The notes: generated from the letters alone by a model not told the origin. A stretch of 64,000 nucleotides of DNA from Vicinamibacterales bacterium (GCA_965199675.1 CBDATI010000015.1:98217-162216); one strand, 5' to 3'. Shown: positions 26,881-36,739, counted from the first letter of the stretch. Numbers and translations are program-made.

Positions 26881-27444
26881 ATGGCGTCCATGCAGGCCGC
26901 GCTGTCGCGGGTGGGTTACGCGGACCTCGTGAACATGCCGGACGACGGGCGCCGGTACGAGATCCATGGAGGGATGCTCGTCGTGGTCCCGTCGCCGTTG
27001 CTGCTGCATCAGATCGTCGCCACGAGGATCGTCACGCGGCTGAACGACTACTGTCGAGATGCCGGCGGGCTTGCGGTGACCGCACCGCTCGACATCGTCT
27101 TCGACGAGCACGACGTCGTCCAGCCCGATGTGGTCTTCTTCCGGGCCGAACGGCTGGGCCTGCTCGACCCGCGCGCCGTGACCCGGGCGGCGCCGGACAT
27201 CGCCGTCGAGGTGCTCTCTCCGTCCACTGCGGCGACCGACCGCGGCCGGAAGATGCGGATGTTCGCGCGCTACGGCGTGCCGGAGTACTGGATCGCCGAT
27301 CCCGTTCGCCGGCAGCTCGAGGTGCACGTGCTCGAAGCGGGCGCATACCGGTTGGCGCAAGCGGCGCGGGCCGGAGAAACGGTGCGCTCGGCCCTGCTGC
27401 CCGATCTCGGATTCGACGCCGACGAACTCTTCACGCCCCTGTAG
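26881..27444 (+). CDS. Uma2-family (DUF820) PD-(D/E)xK endonuclease
   Basis: YEIHGGMLVVVPSP...QPDVVFF...PDIAVEVLSPST...KMRMFARYGVPEYWIADP is the characteristic Uma2 pattern. Confidence 0.8.
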   Translation: MASMQAALSRVGYADLVNMPDDGRRYEIHGGMLVVVPSPLLLHQIVATRIVTRLNDYCRDAGGLAVTAPLDIVFDEHDVVQPDVVFFRAERLGLLDPRAVTRAAPDIAVEVLSPSTAATDRGRKMRMFARYGVPEYWIADPVRRQLEVHVLEAGAYRLAQAARAGETVRSALLPDLGFDADELFTPL

Positions 27445-27786
27445 AGTCCCGCGCCGTTCCCGGGATTCCCGGTGTCGAGCGGAATCTCTCCGTTACCCCG
27501 TCGGCGGGTCCGCCGGCGCGCCCTGGTATCGGCGTGGTCCATCGACCCCGGGCGCGAGCGCGGTCGCGTCCGTCCGCCGGCGCGCCTTGGTATGATGCAA
27601 GACGCCGGTGGCGCGAGCTTCCGGGCGCTGGGGGGGGGCTGCGCCTGAAACGGGTGCGCACTCCCAGCGGGTTGGCTGGACGGCGAGTGAGCCATGGGCG
27701 ACGCGCTCCCGCTGGAGGAACACCGGGGATTGCCGCGGGTGTCGGCGCGTGGGCTTCGGATGGCTTTGACGAGAGGACACGAGACG

Positions 27787-29028
27787 ATGCTGATTCGGAT
27801 TGCGGGGCTGGCCGTCGTCGCGGCGCTGACGCCCCTCGGGGTGATGGCGCAGGCGGGCGGGGCCGGCGACGACGCGGAGATCAGGCCGTTCGAGATCGCG
27901 GTGTCCGACGAGGTGCTCGACGACCTGCGGCGGCGCCTCGAGATGACCCGCCTGCCCGATCAGCTCGACGGCGCGGGTTGGGACTACGGGGCCGAGCTCG
28001 ACTACGTGACCGAGCTCATCACCTATTGGCGCGACGAGTTCGACTGGCGCGAGCAGGAGCGGCGGCTCAACGCGTTCGACCAGTTCAAGACCGTGATCGG
28101 CGACCTCGACATCCACTTCATCCACCAGCGCTCGCCCGAGCCCGACGCCCTGCCGCTCGTCATCACCCACGGATGGCCCGGCTCGATCGCCGAGTTCACG
28201 GAGATCATCGGTCCCCTGACCGACCCCGTCGCCCACGGCGGGCGGGCCGAGGACGCGTTCCACGTGGTGGCGCCGTCCATGCCCGGCTACGGGTTCTCGG
28301 ACAAGCCGCGGGCGCCGGGGTTCGGCCCCGAGCAGATAGCCGAGGTGAACGCGCGGCTCATGGCGCGGCTGGGCTACGAGCGCTACGGCATCCAGGGCGG
28401 CGACTGGGGGTCGATCGTCAGCCGCTGGCACGCGTTCAACCATCCCGACCAGGCGGCGGGCCTGCATCTCAACATGCTGGTCGGCGGGCCGCCGCCGGGC
28501 GCGGACCCGACCGACGGGGTGCCGCCCGAGGAACTCGCGCGGTCGCAGGCGCGGCAGTCGTTCTACAACACCGCGGAGAACGGCTACGCCCAGATTCAGG
28601 GCACCAAGCCGCAGACCCTCGGCTACGCCCTGAACGACTCGCCGGCGGGGCAGGCGGCGTGGATCGTCGAGAAGTTCCGCGCGTGGTGCGACTGCAACGG
28701 CGACCCCGAGTCGGTGTTCACGCGCGATGAGCTGCTCACCAACATCACCATCTACTGGGTCACCCAGACCGCGACCTCCTCGGCCCGGCTCTACTACGAG
28801 AGCCGGAACGCCCCGACCTCGCGGCAGATGGGGCGCATCGAGACGCCGACGGGCGCCATCATCTTCCCCTACGAGCTGTTCATCACCCCGCGCCGCTGGG
28901 CCGAGGCGTCGTACAACATCACCCACTGGACCGAGGTCGAGCGCGGCGGCCACTTCGCGGCGATGGAGCAGCCGGACGTGCTGGTGAACGACCTGCGCGA
29001 GTTCTTCCGGCCGCTGCGGGGGCAGTGA
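27787..29028 (+). CDS. Exported epoxide hydrolase (EHN N-terminal domain + alpha/beta hydrolase)
   Basis: Signal peptide MLIRIAGLAVVAALTPLGVMAQA. IRPFEIAVSDEVLDDLRRRL (EHN domain). HGWPGS oxyanion motif. GGDWGS nucleophile elbow. Confidence 0.8.
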   Translation: MLIRIAGLAVVAALTPLGVMAQAGGAGDDAEIRPFEIAVSDEVLDDLRRRLEMTRLPDQLDGAGWDYGAELDYVTELITYWRDEFDWREQERRLNAFDQFKTVIGDLDIHFIHQRSPEPDALPLVITHGWPGSIAEFTEIIGPLTDPVAHGGRAEDAFHVVAPSMPGYGFSDKPRAPGFGPEQIAEVNARLMARLGYERYGIQGGDWGSIVSRWHAFNHPDQAAGLHLNMLVGGPPPGADPTDGVPPEELARSQARQSFYNTAENGYAQIQGTKPQTLGYALNDSPAGQAAWIVEKFRAWCDCNGDPESVFTRDELLTNITIYWVTQTATSSARLYYESRNAPTSRQMGRIETPTGAIIFPYELFITPRRWAEASYNITHWTEVERGGHFAAMEQPDVLVNDLREFFRPLRGQ

Positions 29029-29073
29029 GGCGTGGCCGGCGCGGCGACCAGGGAACACTCGAGGACCTGAATC

Positions 29074-30153
29074 ATGCAGACTGACGTCGAATCCCGATTC
29101 ACCACGCCCGCGGCGTGTCGCGTGTCGCGGCGCGCGTTCCTCGGCGCCCTCGGGGCGGCGGCCCTGGCCCCGCGCACGCTCGCGCAGGGCACGCCGCCGA
29201 TTCCCGTCACCGCCCTCAACCACGCGACCATCAGCGTCTCCGACCCGGCGCGGTCGCTCGAGTGGTACCAGGGGCTGTTCGGCATGCCCATCGCGGCCCG
29301 GCAGGCCAACACCGTCATCCTGCGGGTGGGCGCCGGGCCGCAGTTCCTGGCCATCGGCGGCGGCGCGAGCGCCAACCCCGGCATCGGCCACTTCTGCCTC
29401 TCGGTCGACGGCTTCGACGCCGACCGCCTCGTGGGCATCCTGGGCGAGCACGGCATCGCGTCGGCGGCGACGTCGGGTCCGATGGAGGTGCGAATCCGAA
29501 TGCGCGGCGCGGAGTTCGGCGGCGCTCCCGAGGGGACTCCCGAGCTCTACTTCGGCGACCCCGACGGCATCGTCGTGCAGTTGCAGGACAGCAGCTACTG
29601 CGGCGGCGAGGGCGTGCTCGGCGACGTGTGCCTCGAGACCCCCGAGCCGGCGCCCACCGAGGGCCTGCTGCGGCTGCGCGACTACAACCACTTCACGGTC
29701 TTCGTGACCGATCAGGCGCGCTCCATCGCGCTCTATCAGCGGCTCTTCGGCCTGCCCATCGACACCTACCAGGGCGCCCTGCCCGTGCTCCGGGTGGGGT
29801 CGGGCAACCAGTTCCTGGCGCTGGGCGGCGGCGGCGCCGGACCTGCCGGTCCGACCATCCACCACGCCTGTCTCACCGTGGACGATTTCGACGTCGACCG
29901 CATCGTCGGCGTGCTGGAGGGCTACGGGGTCGCCCCCCGCGGCGAGGCGTCGGGTCCGGTGGGTCCGCTTCAGTCGTACGTGACCATGCGCATGCCCGAC
30001 CGCGGCGGGGCCCCCGGGGGCACGCCGGAACTGTATTTCACCGACCCCGACGGCATCCTGCTTCAGCTCCAGGACGCGCGGTACTGCGGCGGGAACGGCT
30101 ATCTCGGCGACGAGTGCGGCACCCCCGAGAATCCGACGGGCCGCGACGCCTAG
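29074..30153 (+). CDS. Tat-exported multi-domain VOC (glyoxalase/extradiol dioxygenase-fold) protein
   Basis: SRRAFLGALGAAALAP Tat motif. Three repeats of LNH.T..V.D...S...Y..LFG.P ... GTPELYF.DPDGI..QLQD. Confidence 0.7.
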   Translation: MQTDVESRFTTPAACRVSRRAFLGALGAAALAPRTLAQGTPPIPVTALNHATISVSDPARSLEWYQGLFGMPIAARQANTVILRVGAGPQFLAIGGGASANPGIGHFCLSVDGFDADRLVGILGEHGIASAATSGPMEVRIRMRGAEFGGAPEGTPELYFGDPDGIVVQLQDSSYCGGEGVLGDVCLETPEPAPTEGLLRLRDYNHFTVFVTDQARSIALYQRLFGLPIDTYQGALPVLRVGSGNQFLALGGGGAGPAGPTIHHACLTVDDFDVDRIVGVLEGYGVAPRGEASGPVGPLQSYVTMRMPDRGGAPGGTPELYFTDPDGILLQLQDARYCGGNGYLGDECGTPENPTGRDA

Positions 30154-30162
30154 GCGGGGTGT

Positions 30163-30212
30163 AAAAAAAATGTGATTTCCGCTTGCAACCACCGGTCGAT
30201 GTGATGGACAAT
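30163..30212 (+). promoter_or_regulatory. AT-rich island with A8 run, two ATGTGAT direct repeats and a TTGCAA box upstream of the Mo-hydroxylase operon
   Basis: gtaaaaaaaatgtgatttccgcttgcaaccaccggtcgatgtgatggacaat. This is the only markedly AT-rich stretch in this neighbourhood. No consensus -10 box. Confidence 0.25.
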
Positions 30213-30346
30213 TCGTCGGGTATCGACTCATGTCGGCGGGTAGACCCATGTTTTCCGGGTATGGTTTCTCCGTCAGACGACACAGCGGGCCGGCCCGTCC
30301 AGCGGCCTTCGAGGACTTCGATAGTAACGAGGGAGGTGATCGTCCC

Positions 30347-30991
30347 ATGAGCCAGGAGATCATCGAGGTGACAGAGGAGACGACCCAGCCGGGCGTGTCC
30401 AGGCGGAGTTTCATCAAGGGCGCCATCGCCGCGAGCGCGGCCGTGTCGTCGACCAACTACCTGTTCCGCAGCAACGGCGGGGCGGTGCTGGCCCAGGCGC
30501 CGGCCGCGGGGGCCGTCGACCGGCTCATCACCGTGACCGTCAACGGCCGGAGCCGGCGCGTCGAAGTGCCTCCGATGGAGACACTGGCCACGACGCTGCG
30601 CTACAAGCTGGGCCTGACGGGGACGAAGATCGGCTGCGACCGGGCCGAGTGCGGCGCGTGCACCGTCCTCGTCGACGGGACGCCCCACTATGGCTGCTCG
30701 CTGCTGACGCACTCCGTGCGGGGGCGCGAGGTCACGACCATCGAGGGTCTCGAGGCCGAGGATGGCACCCTGCACCCGATGCAGCAGGCGGTGCTGGAGG
30801 AGCAGGGGTTCCAGTGCGCGTTCTGCATGTCCGGGTTCATCATGAACTCGGTCGCGCTGCTGAACGAGAACCCGAGCCCGACCCGGAAGCAGGCGGCCGA
30901 GTGGCTGTCGGGGAACCTGTGTCGGTGCGCCGACTACGACAAGATCCTGACGTCCGTCCAGCGGGCGGCGGAAATCACGCGGGGGGCCTGA
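30347..30991 (+). CDS. Mo-hydroxylase (xanthine dehydrogenase family) small subunit, 2x[2Fe-2S], with Tat signal
   Basis: GGGAGG SD. SRRSFIKGAIAASAA Tat motif. CDRAECGACTV and GFQCAFCMSG...CRC cluster motifs. Confidence 0.85.
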   Translation: MSQEIIEVTEETTQPGVSRRSFIKGAIAASAAVSSTNYLFRSNGGAVLAQAPAAGAVDRLITVTVNGRSRRVEVPPMETLATTLRYKLGLTGTKIGCDRAECGACTVLVDGTPHYGCSLLTHSVRGREVTTIEGLEAEDGTLHPMQQAVLEEQGFQCAFCMSGFIMNSVALLNENPSPTRKQAAEWLSGNLCRCADYDKILTSVQRAAEITRGA

Positions 30992-30992
30992 C

Positions 30993-33434
30993 GTGGCTGA
31001 TTACAAACTGCTCGGAAAGAACTACCAGACGCCCGACCTCTACGCGAAGGTCACCGGGCGGTCGAAGTACGCCGAGGACCACCGCGCCGAGGGCATGGTC
31101 TTCGCGAAGCTGCTCTCCAGCCCCATGCCGCACGGCCGCGTGCGGTCCTACAACGCCGATGCGGCCCTCGCCCTGCCCGGCGTCGTGGGCATCCTGACCG
31201 CCGACGACCTGCCGGACGAGGTCGACGCCCCGAACGAGGCCGCGCTCACCAACGAGCCGCGCTACGAGGGCGAGCCGATTCTCGCGGTGGCCGCGGTCAC
31301 CGAGCAGATCGCGTCGGACGCCATCGAGCTGATCGACATCGACCTCGAGCCGCTCGAGTTCGTGCTCGATCCCCTCGATAGCCTCAAGCCGGGCGGCCCG
31401 AACGCCCGCACTGAAGGCAACACCACCATCGGCCGCGAGATCGGCGAGATCAAGTGGAGCGCGGCCGATCTGGCAGGGCTCGCACCGGGCGAGATTCCGA
31501 TGGGCGCCGAGGCCGCCCAGGAGTGGTCGTTCGGCGACCTCGAGGCCGGCTTCGCGGAGGCCGACATCATCGTCGAGGAGCACTCCTACAACCAGTCGAC
31601 ATCGCACCAGCCCCTCGAGAGCCGGACGACGATGGCGTACTGGGAGGACGGCAAGCTCTACGTCTATCCTTCCGTGCAGAGCACCGCGCGCGCCGTGGGG
31701 CCGATGGCGCGGTGGGCCGGCATCGAGCCGTCCAACGTCGTGCTCATCAACGAGTTCACCGGCGGCGGGTTCGGCGGCAAGATCAGCGGCTACGTCCACG
31801 CGCAGATTCCCATCCTGCTGTCGAAGAAGATCGGCAGGCCGGTCATGATGCGGATCTCGCGTCGCGAGGAGAACGCCATCGGCCGCGGCCGGCCCGGCGT
31901 CCAGGCCCGCATCCGCCTCGGGATGCGCGCCGACGGCCGCATCACCGCCCTCGACATCCACGGCATCGGCGACCAGGGGCCGTACGGCCGGTCCGGCGAC
32001 GCCATGAACGTGGCGGGCATCGGATCGCTCTGCTACCAGCCGCTGGCCTGCCGCATGCGCGGCACCAACGTCTACACCAACACCCCGCCGCGGGGTCCGC
32101 AGCGGGCGCCGGGCGGCGTGCAGTCGCAGACCATGCTCGAGCCCATCATCCAGAAGGCGGCGAAGCTGCTGGGCCTCGACCAGGTCGTGGTGCACCGGCT
32201 CAACGCGCCCGAGGGACAGGCGCGGTTCGGCCCGCCGGGGCTGAACGGCGAGCAGGGCAACGTGTCGAGCGCGTTCGCCAAGGAAGCGATCGACGTTGGC
32301 GCCGATCTCTTCAACTGGGAGGAGCGCAAGGAGCGCAGCGGCCAGCGCAACGGCGCGAAGGTCACCGGCGTGGGCATGGCCCTGGCCGCCTACTCGGCCG
32401 GCGCCTCCGGCGTCGACGGTCTGTTCGTGCTCAGACCGGACGGGCGCCTCTACATCCAGTCCGGCGTCGGCAACCTCGGCACGGGGTCGACGTTCGACAC
32501 CATGCGGGCGGCCGCCGAGGGGCTGGACATGCCCTGGGAGAAGTGTGAGGTCGCCTGGGGCGACACCAGCCGTCACCTGCCCTGGAGCTGTTCGCAGGGC
32601 GGCAGCTCGACGACCCACGCCCACACGCGGGCGAACTGGGCCGCCGTGCAGGACGCCACGCAGAAGATGCGCGAGATCGCCGCGCAGGATCTCGGGGGTG
32701 CTCCCGAGGACTACGAGATCGGCGGCGAGCGCGTCTACCGCCGGGGCAACCGGTCGCAGGGGCTGAGCTTCGCGAGGATCGCGCAGCGGGCCATCGACCT
32801 CGGCGGCAAGTACGACGGACACGAGCTCCCCGAGGACATCAACGGGATGACCGTCGCGTCGGCCACCGCGCTGGCGGGACAGGGGCTCATGGGCGTCGCC
32901 AAGGACAACTTCGAGGAAGGCGGCCGGCGCATGTCGTTCGTGGCCGGCTTCGCCGAGGTCGAGGTCGACATCGAGACCGGCAACATCAAGATCGTCGACT
33001 ACGCGGCGGGGTCCGACGCGGGCACCATCCTGCATCCCAAGACCTACGAAGGGCAGCTCTTCGGGGGCGCGGTGCAGGGCTTCTCGGTGGCCCTCAGCCA
33101 GAAGTGGGTCTACGACCGGCGCTGGGGCCTGATGGTGGCCAAGCGGTTCTACAGCAACCGGCCTCCGGGTATCCTCGACGTGCCGCACGATCAGCCGATG
33201 AAGTGGGGCAACGCCGACCTGCCCGATCCGTTCAACCCGCTCGGCGCCAAGGGTATCGGTGAGGCGGCGCAGGGAGCGGGGTCCGGTGCCGTCGTCAACG
33301 CCATTGCCGACGCGCTCGAGTCGTTGGGCGAGGGCCAGGGCGACTTCCACCGCTCGCCGGTGACACGCGACATGATTCTGACCAAGCTCGAGCAGGCCCC
33401 GACGGGTCACGATCGGCTGACGGCTCACGTCTGA
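30993..33434 (+). CDS. Mo-hydroxylase large (molybdopterin-binding) subunit
   Basis: GTG start 2 nt after the upstream stop. KVTGRSKYAEDH, FTGGGFGGK, RGPQRAPGG and GAKGIGEAA are aldehyde oxidase/xanthine dehydrogenase signatures. Confidence 0.85.
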   Translation: MADYKLLGKNYQTPDLYAKVTGRSKYAEDHRAEGMVFAKLLSSPMPHGRVRSYNADAALALPGVVGILTADDLPDEVDAPNEAALTNEPRYEGEPILAVAAVTEQIASDAIELIDIDLEPLEFVLDPLDSLKPGGPNARTEGNTTIGREIGEIKWSAADLAGLAPGEIPMGAEAAQEWSFGDLEAGFAEADIIVEEHSYNQSTSHQPLESRTTMAYWEDGKLYVYPSVQSTARAVGPMARWAGIEPSNVVLINEFTGGGFGGKISGYVHAQIPILLSKKIGRPVMMRISRREENAIGRGRPGVQARIRLGMRADGRITALDIHGIGDQGPYGRSGDAMNVAGIGSLCYQPLACRMRGTNVYTNTPPRGPQRAPGGVQSQTMLEPIIQKAAKLLGLDQVVVHRLNAPEGQARFGPPGLNGEQGNVSSAFAKEAIDVGADLFNWEERKERSGQRNGAKVTGVGMALAAYSAGASGVDGLFVLRPDGRLYIQSGVGNLGTGSTFDTMRAAAEGLDMPWEKCEVAWGDTSRHLPWSCSQGGSSTTHAHTRANWAAVQDATQKMREIAAQDLGGAPEDYEIGGERVYRRGNRSQGLSFARIAQRAIDLGGKYDGHELPEDINGMTVASATALAGQGLMGVAKDNFEEGGRRMSFVAGFAEVEVDIETGNIKIVDYAAGSDAGTILHPKTYEGQLFGGAVQGFSVALSQKWVYDRRWGLMVAKRFYSNRPPGILDVPHDQPMKWGNADLPDPFNPLGAKGIGEAAQGAGSGAVVNAIADALESLGEGQGDFHRSPVTRDMILTKLEQAPTGHDRLTAHV

Positions 33435-33453
33435 GGAAGAGGAGGCGACTACC

Positions 33454-34467
33454 ATGAAGGGCGTTATTCGCGACGTAATACCTCAGCTCGAGCTGTTTCA
33501 GCCGAACAGCGCGGACGATGCGCTGGCGCTGCTGGCCGAGCACGGGTCCGATGCCTGGGTGTACGCCGGCGGGCTCGACACGCTCGACTGGTTCAAGGAC
33601 CGGGTGAAGCGGCCGCGGGTGGTCGTGGACCTCGGCGCCATCGAGTCGATGCGCGAGATCCGGTCGACCGCCGACGGGATCGAGATCGGGGCGATGGCGC
33701 GGCTGATCGACGTGGTCAACCACCCCGACATCCAGGCCCGGTTCCCGGCCCTGGCGTTGTCGGCCAAGACGGCCGCGTCGCCGCAGATCCGGAACCAGGG
33801 CACTCTCGGCGGCAACGTGGCGCAGGACACCCGCTGCTGGTACTACCGCGACGGCTGGACCTGCTATCGGGCCGGCGGCAACATCTGTTACGCCAGCCCC
33901 CCGACCGCGATGAACCGCGAGCACTGCATCCTCGGTGCGAGCCGGTGCGTCGCCGTCAACCCGTCCGACACCGCGCCGGTGCTCGTGGCCCTCGACGCCG
34001 AGATGGTCATCCGGCGGGGCCGCGCGGAGCGGGTGGTTCCGGCTCGCGATTTCTTCGTGGGGCCGGAGATCGACATCGAGCGGATGACGGCGCTCGAGGC
34101 CGGCGATCTGCTGATGTCGATTCGGGTGCCGTCGACGTGGTCGGGCGCACGGGTCTACTTCGAGAAGGTCCGTGACCGCGACACGTGGGACTTCGCCCTC
34201 GTCAACGTGGCGACCGCCCTGCGCGAGAGCGGCGGCATCATCCAGGACGCCCGCGTGGTCGTCAACGGCGTGGCCCCGACTCCGGTCCGGCTGCCCGCGG
34301 TCGAGAACGCCATCCGCGGGCAGGTTCGCAACGAGCAGACCGCGAACCGGGCCGGCGACATCTCCATCCAGGGCGTGGCCCCGCTGACCCACAACGGGTT
34401 CAAGGTGAACCTGATGCGGAACCTCGTGCGACGGTCCATCCGCGATGAACCCATGAACGAGGTGTAG
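33454..34467 (+). CDS. Mo-hydroxylase FAD-binding (medium, CoxM-like) subunit
   Basis: AGGLDTLDW, NQGTLGGNVAQ and a CO dehydrogenase flavoprotein C-terminal-like end. Confidence 0.8.
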   Translation: MKGVIRDVIPQLELFQPNSADDALALLAEHGSDAWVYAGGLDTLDWFKDRVKRPRVVVDLGAIESMREIRSTADGIEIGAMARLIDVVNHPDIQARFPALALSAKTAASPQIRNQGTLGGNVAQDTRCWYYRDGWTCYRAGGNICYASPPTAMNREHCILGASRCVAVNPSDTAPVLVALDAEMVIRRGRAERVVPARDFFVGPEIDIERMTALEAGDLLMSIRVPSTWSGARVYFEKVRDRDTWDFALVNVATALRESGGIIQDARVVVNGVAPTPVRLPAVENAIRGQVRNEQTANRAGDISIQGVAPLTHNGFKVNLMRNLVRRSIRDEPMNEV

Positions 34468-34495
34468 CGCGTCGCGTCGTCCCAACGGGAACACG

Positions 34496-34534
34496 GAAGG
34501 GCCGGGCCCCAATGGGCTCGGCCCCTTCGTTTGT
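34496..34534 (+). terminator. Rho-independent-type terminator after the Mo-hydroxylase operon
   Basis: gaagggccgggcc / ggctcggccccttc stem (one bulge), followed by gtttgt. Confidence 0.55.
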
Positions 34535-35045
34535 ACGGCTTCCGAACTCGACGCGGTTTGCAGGGGGCGGGCGCCCGGCGATCGGTTCGTCGGAGCCGGA
34601 CCGTCGCGCGGCTGCGCCGGTTCACATGCGCTTGTACGGCCCCCGATCTCGGACGCTGTTCCGGGGGGTGGGCGCCCGGTGATCGGTTCGTCGGAGCTAG
34701 ACCGTTGCGGGCGCGAGGCGTGCGGCGGCGTCACATGCGCTTGTACGGCCCCCGATCTTGACGCGGTTGCCGGTGGGCGGCGCCCGGCGATCGGTTCGTC
34801 GGAGCCGGACCGTCGCGCGGCTGCGTCGGTTCACATGCGCATGTACGGCCTCCGCGGTTGCCGGTGGGCGGCGCCCGGCGATCGGTTCGTCCGGAGCCGG
34901 CCGTCGCGGGGCTGCGCCGGTTCACATGCGCATGTACGGCCCCCGGTCTCGACGCGGTTTGGGGGGGCGGGCGCCCGGCGATCGGTTCGTTGGAGCCAGA
35001 CCGTCGCGGGCGCGAGGCTGCGCCGGGGTCACATGCGCTGCTCGC
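34531..35045. repeat. Tandem array of five ~90-110-bp units
   Basis: Units start with tgtacgg at ~34532, 34632, 34741, 34843 and 34932. Conserved core gggcgcccggcgatcggttcgtcggagccggaccgtcgcg..ggttcacatgcgc. Two junctions form the perfect palindrome acatgcgcatgt. Confidence 0.85.
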
Positions 35046-35185
35046 TGACGGTGACGTCGGCCGGGTTTGGCGCTACACTAGCCGTGAGTCTGTACCGTGG
35101 GGACGGTGTGGGCTCCTGGTGGGGTCGACCGGCGCCGCCCATCGGAGCGTGGCGCCGGTCGAACCGGAGCCTGCGCTGTGGGGTT

Positions 35186-35297
35186 GGCTAGGCGCCCGAG
35201 CGGAGCCGACAGGCGGCTGGCGGCTGGCTGGCGCCGGAGCTTTTTGGCTGGGCGCCCGGCGGGGCCGACAGGCGGCTGGCTGGCGCCGGAACTTTTT
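35186..35297. repeat. Two tandem ~55-bp units, each ending in TTTTT
   Basis: ggctaggcgcccgagcggagccgacaggcggctggc..tggcgccggagcttttt followed by ggctgggcgcccggcggggccgacaggcggctggctggcgccggaacttttt. Related to the 19.9-kb repeats. Confidence 0.7.
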
Positions 35298-35384
35298 AGT
35301 CGCCCGAGTGGCGTGCTGATGGCCGTGGAGCTGGCGGCTCCTCCCGCGCGCGTCGGCGGCCGCAGTCATCGAAAGGGAGATGCC

Positions 35385-35912
35385 ATGAGCAGGCAGGCAG
35401 GCGGTAGCGTCGGGGCGCCGTCGCGGCGGGGGTTCATTCGGCAGGCCCTCGGGGGCGGCCTGGGGGTGACGATGGTGGGCGCCGCCGGCGGCGCGCGTCC
35501 GGGCGCGCAGGTGGGCGGTCCGATTCGGTCGTTCGACCACGTGGCGGTTCCCATGCGGAACACTGAGGCCATGGTGCGGTTCTACCGAGCCCTCGGCTTC
35601 GGGGTGATGGAGGGCGAGCGCATCTGCTCGGTGCATTTCGGCGACAGCAAGATCAATTTCCATCGGCCGGTGGCGTGGCAAGATCCGAGCTTCACCCTGC
35701 GCGCCCCGGCGGCGGTGCCGCCGTGCGGCGACTTCTGCTTCGTGTGGGACGGCGGGGCGGCCGCGCTGGAAGAGCTGCTCGACCGGGCGGGGGCGGAGGT
35801 GATAGTGGGACCGGCGCCCCGCACCGGCGGGCGCGACGGCGGTACTGTCGAGGGCGTCAGCCGCTACATCCGGGATCCGGACGACAACCTGCTGGAGTTC
35901 ATCATCTACTGA
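35385..35912 (+). CDS. Tat-exported VOC/glyoxalase-fold protein
   Basis: AAGGGAGA SD. SRRGFIRQALGGG Tat motif. FDHVAVPMRNTEAMVRFYRALGF...YIRDPDDNLLEFI. Confidence 0.65.
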   Translation: MSRQAGGSVGAPSRRGFIRQALGGGLGVTMVGAAGGARPGAQVGGPIRSFDHVAVPMRNTEAMVRFYRALGFGVMEGERICSVHFGDSKINFHRPVAWQDPSFTLRAPAAVPPCGDFCFVWDGGAAALEELLDRAGAEVIVGPAPRTGGRDGGTVEGVSRYIRDPDDNLLEFIIY

Positions 35913-35986
35913 TTCGTCTGTGCGTCTGCCGCAGAACGGCGCGCGGTCCCTGCGCGTCGGTGCGCTCGGGGCGCGCCACTGCCGAT

Positions 35987-36739
35987 ATGCCGATGCGGGG
36001 AACGTTGCGCGGCTCGGCGATTGTCCTGACGACCGTCTGCCTGGCTTGCGGCCCCGGACCACCCGCAGGGCCGCCGACCGAGCGCGATTCCCTGTGGATC
36101 GCGATGGTGCGGACCGATGGCGTCCTCATTCCCTTCGCTCGCCGCGGCGACGACGGCTGGGATCTGCCTTGGCCGGCGCCGTTCGACGCCGAGACCGCCC
36201 CTCTCGACACCGACGGCGAGGCCGGTCCGCCTGGGCCGGGCCGGGAGCCGACCCTGCCGACGCCGCCCATCGACCGGCAGGATCCGCGGGGCGGCAGAAT
36301 CGCCGCCCCGATGCAGTGGAGCTTCTACTCGCAGACGGAGCGCGGCACGGCCCTGGCGGTGGCGAGACTGCTGCTCATCGAGGTCCAGTGCCTGATGAGT
36401 TGGGCGTTGGGTTTCGGCGATCGAGAGCTGTCGTCGGTCGAGGGCACTCGCGGTGTCGCCGGCGTCGCCTTCAATCACCCTCTGGAGATCGTGTCGTCGA
36501 GTGACGGCATTCCCGCCCTCGATCAGATGAGCGCCGAGCTGGGGCTGGTCGACGCGACCGACGTCGACGACCCGACGCAGTCGAGGAGGTTCGTCTGGCT
36601 TGGCTTCTATCGCCTGGACGACGGCGGCGTCATCGGCGTCGTGAACGACCTCGCGTTCGAGGGCGAGAGCTGGCTGGTGGTGGAGATCGACGGCGAACAG
36701 GGGCGCATCGTCCACCGCGTCCTTGGTGGCGGCTGCTGA
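35987..36739 (+). CDS. Hypothetical lipoprotein
   Basis: MPMRGTLRGSAIVLTTVCLACG lipobox. No recognisable domain. Confidence 0.45.
   Translation: MPMRGTLRGSAIVLTTVCLACGPGPPAGPPTERDSLWIAMVRTDGVLIPFARRGDDGWDLPWPAPFDAETAPLDTDGEAGPPGPGREPTLPTPPIDRQDPRGGRIAAPMQWSFYSQTERGTALAVARLLLIEVQCLMSWALGFGDRELSSVEGTRGVAGVAFNHPLEIVSSSDGIPALDQMSAELGLVDATDVDDPTQSRRFVWLGFYRLDDGGVIGVVNDLAFEGESWLVVEIDGEQGRIVHRVLGGGC

Noticed and set aside
30213-30346. Possible Moco riboswitch in the ~190-nt leader of the Mo-hydroxylase operon.
   Set aside because: I could not identify the conserved Moco-motif helices or loops by eye. An Infernal/Rfam scan is needed before any claim.
34531-35045. Possible CRISPR array.
   Set aside because: There is no alternation of constant repeats with unique spacers. 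Whole ~100-bp units are homologous throughout, and no cas genes are nearby. It is a satellite-type tandem repeat.
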